A DNA stretch of 30,649 nucleotides from an uncultured Mycoplasmatota bacterium (GTDB taxonomy: Bacteria > Bacillota_I > Bacilli_A > RF39 > UBA660). This document shows positions 18,947 through 27,265 of this stretch, in pieces. The position numbers and the translations under genes were made by a program. The stretch lies in assembly GCA_947384645.1 (NCBI GenBank), contig CANDHX010000001.1:1-30649 (forward strand). The letters are read 5' to 3'. The first letter of the stretch is position 1. Each line of letters opens with the position of its first letter. The notes under the pieces were generated by a model. That model ran no database searches. It worked only from the letters and a program-made list of their open reading frames with translations, and was not told where the DNA came from.

Positions 18947-19183
18947 AATTCTTAGCCACCTTCTAAAAAGTATTATACTATAAACCCCCACATCTAGCAA
19001 ACACTATCTATTAAAAAGTAAAATTTTTTTGCCAAATTTCCCCAATAGAATAGGCGATTTGACGAGCGATACGACTTGTGTTTTAATAAAAAATAGAAAC
19101 ATACAAATTTAGTCGTGCCAATCAAACTTTGGAGAACACTTTTTTTAAATATTTTACAAGTTCAAATGAATAGTTTTTGTGTT

Positions 19184-20635
19184 TTATACTCCGGAAGCCT
19201 TTGTTCTATTTGATATTCCTACTACAAATGAAATAGGTGTAATCGTCGCCATAAAATTTAAAATGTTTCCAGACATATATGCACACAACATAAACAAACA
19301 GAGAATTGCTATCAAAAATACATTCTCTAAAGATTTATCCTTAAAAAATTTATTGCAAAGTATAAATATAGAAAAAGGATAAAATAGTAAAGAGATAATT
19401 GCCCCTAAAACGCCGAAAGCATAGAATTGTAATACGAAGTCTTTTTCTAAATTCCCAAGAGCTTGTATTCTAGAATTACCTATTCCAAATATGTTGTTAG
19501 TCCACCGCCCGTCGATGTTTTTAACTCTTTTAGTTAGTTCCAATTCGACTTTTCGATAATCGAAATATTCTCCATTTAACTGTCTATCTTTAATATCAGT
19601 CCAAAATTGTATATCGTATTCAATAGGATAATATAAATCTAAAAATTGTCTACCGATGTAATTTTTATCTATAGACTCATATACCTCTTTTATTTCATCT
19701 TTAGATACGTATTCGCCCGTTTCTCGACTGACATTTTCATCTATTTTTTCACTAACTGTATCTTTAACATCCGACTTCATCGTAGATAGTCGGTTTGAAT
19801 TAGGCGAAATCGGTAGTAAGAATATCCACCCCAAAATAACTACTAAAAATATAATAGATTTGTTTAAAAATCTCTTTTTGTTTAAAATAGAATATACCAC
19901 AAAAACTGCAAAAAGACTAAATAATACCAAAAGACCACCTAAAGAAGATACTCTAGTTCCAAGCATTAAAGATGCTAAAGATATCATCAATATAAAAACT
20001 ATTCCGCCTTTTTCATCTATAATAACTTGATATATAGCTAATACTAAAAACATTATTAAAAGGGCAGCCACTTGATTTGAATAAGAAAAAAAGCCTTTAG
20101 TAGCACTTTCTAAAACCGAAAGTTCTTTATTCCACATGAATATACTAGTACGGGTTATCTCATTCGTATAAGAAGAAAGAGAATACCCTATTAGATTAAA
20201 GAACACTATACTTCCAGCGACTAATAAAATCCAAAAATTCACTACTCTAAAAATCTCTTTCTTCGATAAATTTTGATACTTTAATACGAAGAGAATCGAA
20301 AATGGCATCGAAAGCTTTAACAAAGTCATCGCTTCGCTAAAAGCATTATAATTTAAATTATTAGGTACCAATGTATAAAAACTTTTAGAATGCATGATAT
20401 TCAATACTAAGTAGACTAACATCGCTAAATAATAGCACAACAAAAATTTAAAATCTTTTCTAGAATCTTTATAAAAAATTACAGTCAATAAAACGAATAA
20501 TAAAATACACAAAACTCGCACCACGGTAGTAAAATGACTATATAGATATATAATGTCGAATACTGGTGATATAGCAAAAAAAACAAGTATAGCTATTTTA
20601 AAAATTTTATCTTTATCAATTTCTTTTTTCTTCAT
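19184..20635 (-). CDS. O-antigen ligase/polymerase-like (Wzy_C) membrane protein; start taken at ATG 20635
   Basis: About 12 TM helices, GFFSYSN, LGTRV, large extracellular loop, IFGIG and LEKDFVLQFYAFGVLG. The ORF-track extension to 20662 covers TGGTACAAT. Confidence 0.75.
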   Translation of the reverse strand: MKKKEIDKDKIFKIAILVFFAISPVFDIIYLYSHFTTVVRVLCILLFVLLTVIFYKDSRKDFKFLLCYYLAMLVYLVLNIMHSKSFYTLVPNNLNYNAFSEAMTLLKLSMPFSILFVLKYQNLSKKEIFRVVNFWILLVAGSIVFFNLIGYSLSSYTNEITRTSIFMWNKELSVLESATKGFFSYSNQVAALLIMFLVLAIYQVIIDEKGGIVFILMISLASLMLGTRVSSLGGLLVLFSLFAVFVVYSILNKKRFLNKSIIFLVVILGWIFLLPISPNSNRLSTMKSDVKDTVSEKIDENVSRETGEYVSKDEIKEVYESIDKNYIGRQFLDLYYPIEYDIQFWTDIKDRQLNGEYFDYRKVELELTKRVKNIDGRWTNNIFGIGNSRIQALGNLEKDFVLQFYAFGVLGAIISLLFYPFSIFILCNKFFKDKSLENVFLIAILCLFMLCAYMSGNILNFMATITPISFVVGISNRTKASGV

Positions 20636-20679
20636 ACATTTATTGTACCAAATTTCTAACAAAAAGTCTTTAAAATTGA

Positions 20680-20870
20680 AAGAGCAAAAGAAAAATTTAC
20701 AAGCAATTTTCCTCTCTTACCTCACGGTAAGAGTTTTCTGCTTCATAGACCCTGTATCCAGACTTCTCCGCAAGACTATATCCGGTCGTCGCAACCGAAC
20801 TTTTATTGCTTTTATATTTTCTTCTATACTAAGTTCTCTTCTACGTACTTGTTTATACAAGGAATTGCAA
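20680..20870 (-). ncRNA. Unidentified GC-rich structured RNA (three hairpins closed by a stem)
   Basis: Stems at 20781-20799, 20745-20779 and 20714-20733 (CTCTTACC-GTGA-GGTAAGAG, GNRA loop), closed by AAGCAAT/ATTGCTT (20811-20805 with 20707-20701). TATAAT at 20882-20877. Confidence 0.5.
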
Positions 20871-20974
20871 TGTTTCATTATAACGAATGATTGTAAATTT
20901 CAAGCTTTTTCCTTGTAAATAAAAAAATTGCATAAAAATAGAAGAATTTAATCCTCTATCAAAATATGCGTTAT

Positions 20975-21044
20975 AAAAGAAAAATAGGGTTCCATCAATA
21001 TAGACAGTACCCATGCAAAAGTGTAAAACACTTTTTCTTTGCAT
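20975..21044 (-). ncRNA. ~70-nt RNA directly downstream of abiF (candidate AbiF antitoxin RNA)
   Basis: TTGACA (21077-21072), 17 nt, TAATAT (21054-21049). Hairpin ATGC-AAAGA-AAAAGTGT-TTT-ACACTTTT-GCAT, then GGGT..TGTC-TATATT-GATG..ACCC and a U-tract. Confidence 0.65.
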
Positions 21045-21099
21045 AACCATATTACCACATAATAATGATCATGTCAAACTATTTTACTCAATATTTACA

Positions 21100-22083
21100 C
21101 TATAATGTTTTGATTATTTTATCAAAATAGGCATATATTGATTTTAATAGTTCATTATTATTATAGTATTCTTTATGTAAAATTATTCGGTCATAAAACA
21201 AATCATTTATATCATTTGTAACATTTATTTTGACACCTATACTTGTTACAATTTCATTAAACATATAAAGAGCATAAGTTATTTGTCTTATTCTTGAATT
21301 GCTTAATTTATTATCTCTGGTTTCTTTCCCTATTCCACAATTATTTAAATAATTAACTATTTTATAATCAGGTGCAAAATTATTATCTTTTTTATCAAGA
21401 TCACATAAAACACATGAATTATGAGCAACGGCATTTCTTAATTTTACAACTTCTCTTAGAATAAAAACATTTTTAATTTCATTTTTTAATTCATGTTCTT
21501 TAGCAAAAAATTCATAAAAATTAACTAATTCACCAAATGTTATTATTTCTAGAAATTCCCATATAGGTATATTTTCTATTTTTGTATCACCATCTAAATC
21601 ATATTTTGCAAATATTTTTTTATAATATTCACTTGTTACTTTATTTCGAATACTTTTATGAACCTTTTTAGGAAATTTTTCATCATTAAAATCTTTTTCT
21701 AAATACATATTTACAATTTTATAACCATCTTCTTTATCTATGTTCTCTATTAAATTTAAAATTCTTATTTTTAAATAATGCTCAATATCAATAATCATTT
21801 TAAATAAAACTAATCTTGATCTGTGATCAATTATAGCTAAATCTTTTAAATAAGCAAAGTCTAAGTCTATAAATTTATCAACAAACTCTCCACCAATAAA
21901 ATATCTTTCAAAATTATGTTTATATGCTGTTACATTATAATAATTATTGTTATATCTTAAATACTTTTCTGCTTCCAATTCGGGCATTATTTCAAATTTG
22001 ATATTTTTTTCTTTTAAGTATGGAACCATTTCTGATATTTTCATAATTGGTCTAGATATTCCATTTTTAATTTTTTTATCCAT
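21100..22083 (-). CDS. abiF: Abi_2 (AbiD/AbiF) family HEPN ribonuclease; start taken at ATG 22083
   Basis: NNYYNVTAYK, DLAIIDHRSR..LF..I..IEH.LK, IPIWEFLEIITFGEL, and an intact HEPN R-x4-H (LRNAVAHN). AGGAAGTGA RBS before 22083. Very AT-rich. Confidence 0.88.
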   Translation of the reverse strand: MDKKIKNGISRPIMKISEMVPYLKEKNIKFEIMPELEAEKYLRYNNNYYNVTAYKHNFERYFIGGEFVDKFIDLDFAYLKDLAIIDHRSRLVLFKMIIDIEHYLKIRILNLIENIDKEDGYKIVNMYLEKDFNDEKFPKKVHKSIRNKVTSEYYKKIFAKYDLDGDTKIENIPIWEFLEIITFGELVNFYEFFAKEHELKNEIKNVFILREVVKLRNAVAHNSCVLCDLDKKDNNFAPDYKIVNYLNNCGIGKETRDNKLSNSRIRQITYALYMFNEIVTSIGVKINVTNDINDLFYDRIILHKEYYNNNELLKSIYAYFDKIIKTL

Positions 22084-22161
22084 TCTATCACTTCCTAACT
22101 GCTGCAATTGTTGTACCAAAAATTATTATCTCTATCTACACCAATCAAAAAATACTCGAAA

Positions 22162-22803
22162 TTAACGAGTATCATCATCTACAAAATCGGAATTTGGATA
22201 AATTTTCTCCATTACTTCATCAGTATATATATAATCTAAATGCTTTTCAAATTTTGTCTTAGGATAGATTTTTTCCTTCCTCTTTTTTCTTCTAATACTA
22301 GCTGCCAATGATATAAAACAATCGAGAGCCATAAATACACTAGCTAGAATTGTTATAAATCTATGCTCTATAAAAAAAGGTAGCACTTCTTCCACCATCG
22401 GAACAAACACACTAAACCAAAACATCGTTAAAAATCCCCACATCATAGAATACACCAGATTGATTCGCCCATTAAGATTGAATTTAAATTTTTTGTAATC
22501 CCAAGAAACCGTACCAGTATATTTTTCTTGATAATAAGAACACAAGTACTCTATAACTGAAGATACAACTACGCCCACTAAAAATATTCTGCCCATGTTT
22601 TGTTTTGAAAGCGAATTTACACAAAAGCATAAAAGGGCTGCAACACATCCATATAAAGGATTAAAAGGACCGAATATTACGCCTTTTCTCGATTCGATTT
22701 TTTTATGTTTCATAAAGCACCATAAAGTCTCAACGACTACGCCCATGAAACTGCCCATCATGAACATCCAAAAATAATAATTATACTCTGTCACACCAAT
22801 CAC
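22162..22803 (-). CDS. Putative ABC-permease-like membrane protein (CmpB/DUF1113-like)
   Basis: GSFMGVVVET, GPFNPLYG, EY, WDYKKFKFNLNGRI, WG. Confidence 0.8.
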   Translation of the reverse strand: MIGVTEYNYYFWMFMMGSFMGVVVETLWCFMKHKKIESRKGVIFGPFNPLYGCVAALLCFCVNSLSKQNMGRIFLVGVVVSSVIEYLCSYYQEKYTGTVSWDYKKFKFNLNGRINLVYSMMWGFLTMFWFSVFVPMVEEVLPFFIEHRFITILASVFMALDCFISLAASIRRKKRKEKIYPKTKFEKHLDYIYTDEVMEKIYPNSDFVDDDTR

Positions 22804-22894
22804 TCACTTATACTGTATGATATCATTTTTGAAATGTATAATCAAGACGTCCAAAAAATTAAAAATCGATATTTTTTTCTTATCCAACAAAATT

Positions 22895-23764
22895 TTAAAT
22901 TTTATCTACTAACTTTTTTATTTCTTCTGGAATAGCACTTTCGAATTTTAGAATTTCACCATTTCTTGGGTCCTTCAAATGAAGCGAAGATGCGTGCAAA
23001 CAAAGTCTATTTATAGGATTAGTTCTTGCTCCATATTTTTTGTCTCCTATTATAGGATGACCCTTTTCACTCATATGAACTCTTATTTGATTTCTTCTTC
23101 CCGTATCTATTAAAACCATTAAATAAGTCATGTTGTTATTAAATTTAACTACCCTATAATGAGTAATTGCCAAAAGTCCTATTTCCTTATTTTTGGTCGA
23201 ATGAACTATTTGAAAATGGTTCATAGTGAGATAAGATTTGATAGAACCGTTCTTTTTTATATTCCCTTCTACGATAGCTACATATTCCCTTTTTAAAACC
23301 AAATTGTTCCACTCGCTTTGTAAAAGTTCTTTTATTTTTAAGTTTTTGGCAAATAACAAAACACCACTAGTACCCTGATCTAAACGATGCACGACAAAAA
23401 GCCTTGCATTTTTATTATCTTTTTTTATATAATCCGATACCATTCTAAAAGCCGTCTCTTCTTTCTCTTTTTTATTAGAAATGGATAAAAGACCTGCAGG
23501 CTTATTAATTGCAATCAAGTCTTCATCTTCATATATTATCTCTAAATCGTATATAGGAAGTGTCCTTTTGGAAAAATATACTTTAACTATAGAACCTTTT
23601 TTAAGTACGTGACTACCATTAGTTTCTACACAATCATCTACTAATATCATTTTATATTTTAAAATGCTTTTTGCCTTTTTTCTAGAAACGCCACTCAAAT
23701 ATTCTATTAAGAAATCGATTAACTTAATTTCTTTTTTTACTTCCAAAATTAAACTTTTTTCCAT
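22895..23764 (-). CDS. RluA-family pseudouridine synthase with N-terminal S4-like domain
   Basis: IIYEDEDLIAINKPAGLLS, VHRLDQGTSG (catalytic Asp), TGRRNQIRVH, HPIIGDKKYG, LCLHA. Confidence 0.95.
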   Translation of the reverse strand: MEKSLILEVKKEIKLIDFLIEYLSGVSRKKAKSILKYKMILVDDCVETNGSHVLKKGSIVKVYFSKRTLPIYDLEIIYEDEDLIAINKPAGLLSISNKKEKEETAFRMVSDYIKKDNKNARLFVVHRLDQGTSGVLLFAKNLKIKELLQSEWNNLVLKREYVAIVEGNIKKNGSIKSYLTMNHFQIVHSTKNKEIGLLAITHYRVVKFNNNMTYLMVLIDTGRRNQIRVHMSEKGHPIIGDKKYGARTNPINRLCLHASSLHLKDPRNGEILKFESAIPEEIKKLVDKI

Positions 23765-23788
23765 ATATTGGTCACCTTCTCAATAAAC

Positions 23789-23814
23789 TGTGGATAACTT
23801 AAAGCTTTTCCACA
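23789..23814. promoter_or_regulatory. Inverted pair of DnaA boxes in the RluA gene leader
   Basis: TGTGGATAA (23789-23797, perfect TTATCCACA on minus) and TTTTCCACA (23806-23814). They lie between a TTGGCA-17-TATAAT promoter (23859-23831) and the ATG. Confidence 0.6.
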
Positions 23815-23837
23815 GATAAAACGCAACTTTATTATAA

Positions 23838-23866
23838 AGAAAAAATAGCTTTATGCCAAGCTATTT
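23838..23866 (-). terminator. Intrinsic terminator after the LytTR gene
   Basis: AAATAGCTT-6nt-AAGCTATTT (23843-23866) followed by a U-run on the minus strand. Confidence 0.7.
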
Positions 23867-24603
23867 CAACTATTCGAATACTCTTTCAATTTTTGAGCAA
23901 GAATAGACTTATTTTGTCTTGATACCAAATTGACTGTCATGCCATTTTTAAAAACTACTATATTACATTTTCTGTCATAAGAACTGACATTGTACAAATT
24001 TATTATGCAACTTCTATGAGCTTTAAAAAATCTCGGATCTTTAGATAGCAATTTTTCTATCGCTTTAACAGTTATATAATGTAAATAAGAATCGTCTTTT
24101 GTATATATCGTGACGGAGTCATCCCTCAAGTTTTTCTTAATAAAATAGATATCTCTATATGGAATTCTATATACTTCGTCAAAAACTGAAAAAGTATATA
24201 CAGAATGTCTTGTTATTATCTTATGAGCATTTTTTAAACATTTAAGCATATTCTCAACGAAATCTTTATTAGCTTCTAAGATATCTAAAAACAAAACATT
24301 TTGTATATCGTCGATTACCGAAGCTCTATATCTTTTGGTGACCAAAATAATCGGACTGGTAAAATCTCCTTCTTCTCTAATCTTGCGAGCTAAATCGAGA
24401 GGATTAGGACCAACAACATCGACATTAATAATATAAATTCTGGCTCCCTCGATGTGTTTCATCTTTTCACTTATTGCAAAATTATATTTTTCAAATTCAA
24501 TTATTTTGTAATATTCAGTAGTTGTATATAAAAACTTTTTGATTATCTTGTTGTATAAATTGCGCAAACAAACATCGTCGTCATAAATTATAAAACTTAC
24601 CAT
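23866..24603 (-). CDS. LytTR-family response regulator with atypical receiver domain
   Basis: FIIYDDD, LDLARKIRE, SPIILVT. LytTR domain IPYRDIYFI and FFKAHRSCIINL. Confidence 0.88.
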   Translation of the reverse strand: MVSFIIYDDDVCLRNLYNKIIKKFLYTTTEYYKIIEFEKYNFAISEKMKHIEGARIYIINVDVVGPNPLDLARKIREEGDFTSPIILVTKRYRASVIDDIQNVLFLDILEANKDFVENMLKCLKNAHKIITRHSVYTFSVFDEVYRIPYRDIYFIKKNLRDDSVTIYTKDDSYLHYITVKAIEKLLSKDPRFFKAHRSCIINLYNVSSYDRKCNIVVFKNGMTVNLVSRQNKSILAQKLKEYSNS

Positions 24604-24769
24604 AAAAACACATTCCTTCTATTCTTTTTTTTGTTCGAAAATTTGGGCCGAACGTTATGAGTTTATCATTTTTGATTTTTCAAGAAAATAAAAATTAACA
24701 AATATTACTATCGAAATCGGGTAGCAGAAATTCAAAAAAACGACAAAAAGTTTTGCCGCTTTCCAATTC

Positions 24770-25423
24770 TTATTTACTTTGCTCAGATTTTACCTTCTCT
24801 CTAATGTAAAACATCTTTTCGATGAAATTGACATAAATTATCAAATATAGTCCTGCTAATAAAAATCCGCCTAACACGTCGCTTGCATAGTGTACTCCTA
24901 AGTAAATTCTACTTATACCGATAGATAATATAAGAAGACTTAAAGAAACGATAGAAACAATTTTTAAAGTTTTATTTTTACACCTCTTATAAATTAAATA
25001 TATCAAATACCCATAAAACGCCATAGAAGATGCCGAATGTCCACTAGGAAAACTAAATCCCGTTTCTTCTATCAATCTGAATCCTACTGGTCTATCTCTT
25101 CTTACAATCATTTTTAACAAAAAATTTAATAAACTTATTACTCCTAGATTAAAAGGAATCGATATAGCAAAAATTTTGTCTTTTAAAACTAGTACTAAAA
25201 GGACAGCTATTCCGAGCAAAGATACCCCTTCTCCTAAAAAAGTCACAGCTTTCATAACGCTTGTCATATTGCTACTCTTTGGAAGAAGTTGATAGACAAA
25301 ATTGTCGAAAGCACTAGTTTTTTCTAATAGGACTAAAGTTGTCATAGAGAAAAAAGCAATTGCTAATAATATAGCTGCTATAAATACAAATTTTTTATTT
25401 CTATCTTTCATAATTATCACCAA
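24770..25423 (-). CDS. PAP2-family phosphatase (possible undecaprenyl-pyrophosphate phosphatase)
   Basis: KMIVRRDRP, FSFPSGHS, SRIYLGVHYASDVLGG. Confidence 0.93.
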   Translation of the reverse strand: MVIIMKDRNKKFVFIAAILLAIAFFSMTTLVLLEKTSAFDNFVYQLLPKSSNMTSVMKAVTFLGEGVSLLGIAVLLVLVLKDKIFAISIPFNLGVISLLNFLLKMIVRRDRPVGFRLIEETGFSFPSGHSASSMAFYGYLIYLIYKRCKNKTLKIVSIVSLSLLILSIGISRIYLGVHYASDVLGGFLLAGLYLIIYVNFIEKMFYIREKVKSEQSK

Positions 25424-25477
25424 TTAATTATATCACTTATTAGTAATTCTAACACAAAAAAATAAAATGTTTCCACT

Positions 25478-27220
25478 TTACTTTTTGATTTCAGTTTCGT
25501 ATAACTTTTTATATGTTGGACATTTCTTTATGAGCTCCCTATGCGTACCTTCCGCTTCTATCTTACCTTCGTTTAAAAATAAAATTCTATCCGCTCCAAC
25601 TATAGTAGATAATCTGTGAGCAATAATTAAAATCGTATACTCGGATTTCATATTTTCTATAGCCTTTTGTATCTTGTTTTGAGTCTCGTTATCTAATGCA
25701 CTAGTAGCCTCATCAAATAAAATAATTTCTGTCTTTTGTACGAGTGCTCGAGCTATAGCAAGTCTTTGTTTTTGACCGCCAGAGAGATTTACCCCGCCTT
25801 CCCCGATAATGGTATCATACTTTTCGGGTAGACTTTCGATATACTCATCTAGACAGGCGAGCCTACAGGCTTCAATCATCTCGTCATCAGTTAAATCGTT
25901 TTTCACGAGTTTCAGATTTTCTTTAATGGAAAGATTAAATATATATGGATCTTGACTAATAATAGTAATATTTCCTCTTATAGTTTCTCTATCTAACTTA
26001 GTGATATCTATTCCATCTATCGTGATTTTACCACTATTAGGTTCATACATTTTGCACAAAAGATTAAATATGGTAGTTTTTCCTGCTCCACTTTTTCCAA
26101 CAAAGGCAACCGTTTCATTGGCTTTTACCTTGAAATTAATACCCTTTAAAACAGCTTTATCATGATAAGAAAATTTGACGTTCTTGAATTCAAAATCTCC
26201 GTTTACTTTTTCGATGCTCAAAGAACCAAAAGACTCTTTTGGAAATTCTTCACTATTGAGAATATCGAAAATTCTCTTCGAAGAAAGATTATAATATTTG
26301 ACGTATTCCAAAAGTCTACCGAGAGATAAAGCTATCGAATCGAGCCCCTTAGAATAATTGACTATTATGAGAGCTACACTAATAGAAAGTTTCGCTTTAT
26401 AAAGTAAGCATATCAACAACAAATAAAGTAATAAATCGAAAATATCTCTACACGAATTTATGAGCATATTGCAACCAGAATTTACCTTTTGCATTTTATA
26501 ACGCTGCTTATTTAAATCGGTTATTTTATTAGAAAGCTCTACCATAAAACTCTTTTCAGCATTAAGCATCTTTATATCTCTTAGTCCTCTTACTAGTTCT
26601 CCCACAAACCCGGTTACTTTTTCTTGCTTCTCCCTAGTTACTTTATCGTTTTCATTTAGAATTTTTACTCTATAAGAATTTACAAAATATAGAACTATTG
26701 TACTAAATATCAAATAGATAAAAACGATTTTGTTTAAAAAAAAGACGGCTACAAAAATTCCTATATCGCTCAAAATTTCTGATAAAAATGAATTTAAAGC
26801 TGAGAATACATCGGCTATTTGGGATGTATCGTTAGTAAGTCTTTGAATGAATACACCCGAGCTATTCTTATCAATTGTCGAATTAGTGAGCTTTAATATA
26901 TTTCTTCCCAAATCTATTTGTATCTGAGTAAACGACTCTCTATATATAATCATCGAATACACGTGCCAGAAATAACTCAAAATATTTCTAAATATTTCTA
27001 TAAAAAATATTAATAATACAGTTAATAACAATTGGATAAGTTCATTATTCGTTAAATAGATTATAGTTTTTGCATAGATTAAAGGAACAATAATACTTAC
27101 TACTATAGTTAAAACATTGCATATAAAATATTTAATCAATTTATTTTTATTGCCTTCTAAATACTTCCAAGACTTTTTGATATTATTTAAAAATTCCATA
27201 AATTTACTCTCCAAATACAC
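25478..27220 (-). CDS. ABC exporter, fused TMD-NBD (likely start 27199)
   Basis: GKSGAGKTT, ISQDPYIF, LSGGQKQRLAIARA, ILFDEATSALD, IAHRLST. Six-TM N-terminal half. Confidence 0.95.
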   Translation of the reverse strand: MYLESKFMEFLNNIKKSWKYLEGNKNKLIKYFICNVLTIVVSIIVPLIYAKTIIYLTNNELIQLLLTVLLIFFIEIFRNILSYFWHVYSMIIYRESFTQIQIDLGRNILKLTNSTIDKNSSGVFIQRLTNDTSQIADVFSALNSFLSEILSDIGIFVAVFFLNKIVFIYLIFSTIVLYFVNSYRVKILNENDKVTREKQEKVTGFVGELVRGLRDIKMLNAEKSFMVELSNKITDLNKQRYKMQKVNSGCNMLINSCRDIFDLLLYLLLICLLYKAKLSISVALIIVNYSKGLDSIALSLGRLLEYVKYYNLSSKRIFDILNSEEFPKESFGSLSIEKVNGDFEFKNVKFSYHDKAVLKGINFKVKANETVAFVGKSGAGKTTIFNLLCKMYEPNSGKITIDGIDITKLDRETIRGNITIISQDPYIFNLSIKENLKLVKNDLTDDEMIEACRLACLDEYIESLPEKYDTIIGEGGVNLSGGQKQRLAIARALVQKTEIILFDEATSALDNETQNKIQKAIENMKSEYTILIIAHRLSTIVGADRILFLNEGKIEAEGTHRELIKKCPTYKKLYETEIKK

Positions 27221-27265
27221 GAAAATATTATCATATGTACAAGTTTATAGCAAGAAAAAAACGAA

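Noticed and set aside
20735-20756. CAGGGTCTATGAAGCAG resembling SRP RNA helix 8 (CAGGUCCGGAAGGAAGCAG)
   Set aside because: It lacks the GNRA tetraloop and the surrounding helix, so it is not called SRP without a covariance-model hit.
20680-20870. Possible T-box leader
   Set aside because: No T-box sequence (GGTGGNACCGCG-like) and no amino-acid-related gene downstream.
20553-20918. 121-aa plus-strand ORF across the structured RNA
   Set aside because: It overlaps the ligase-like gene antisense, has no RBS and has an unnatural composition.
20853-21050. 65-aa minus-strand ORF downstream of abiF
   Set aside because: It runs through a hairpin and U-tract at 20975-21010 and has no SD. The ncRNA reading fits better, although a leaderless start at ATG 21044 cannot be fully excluded.
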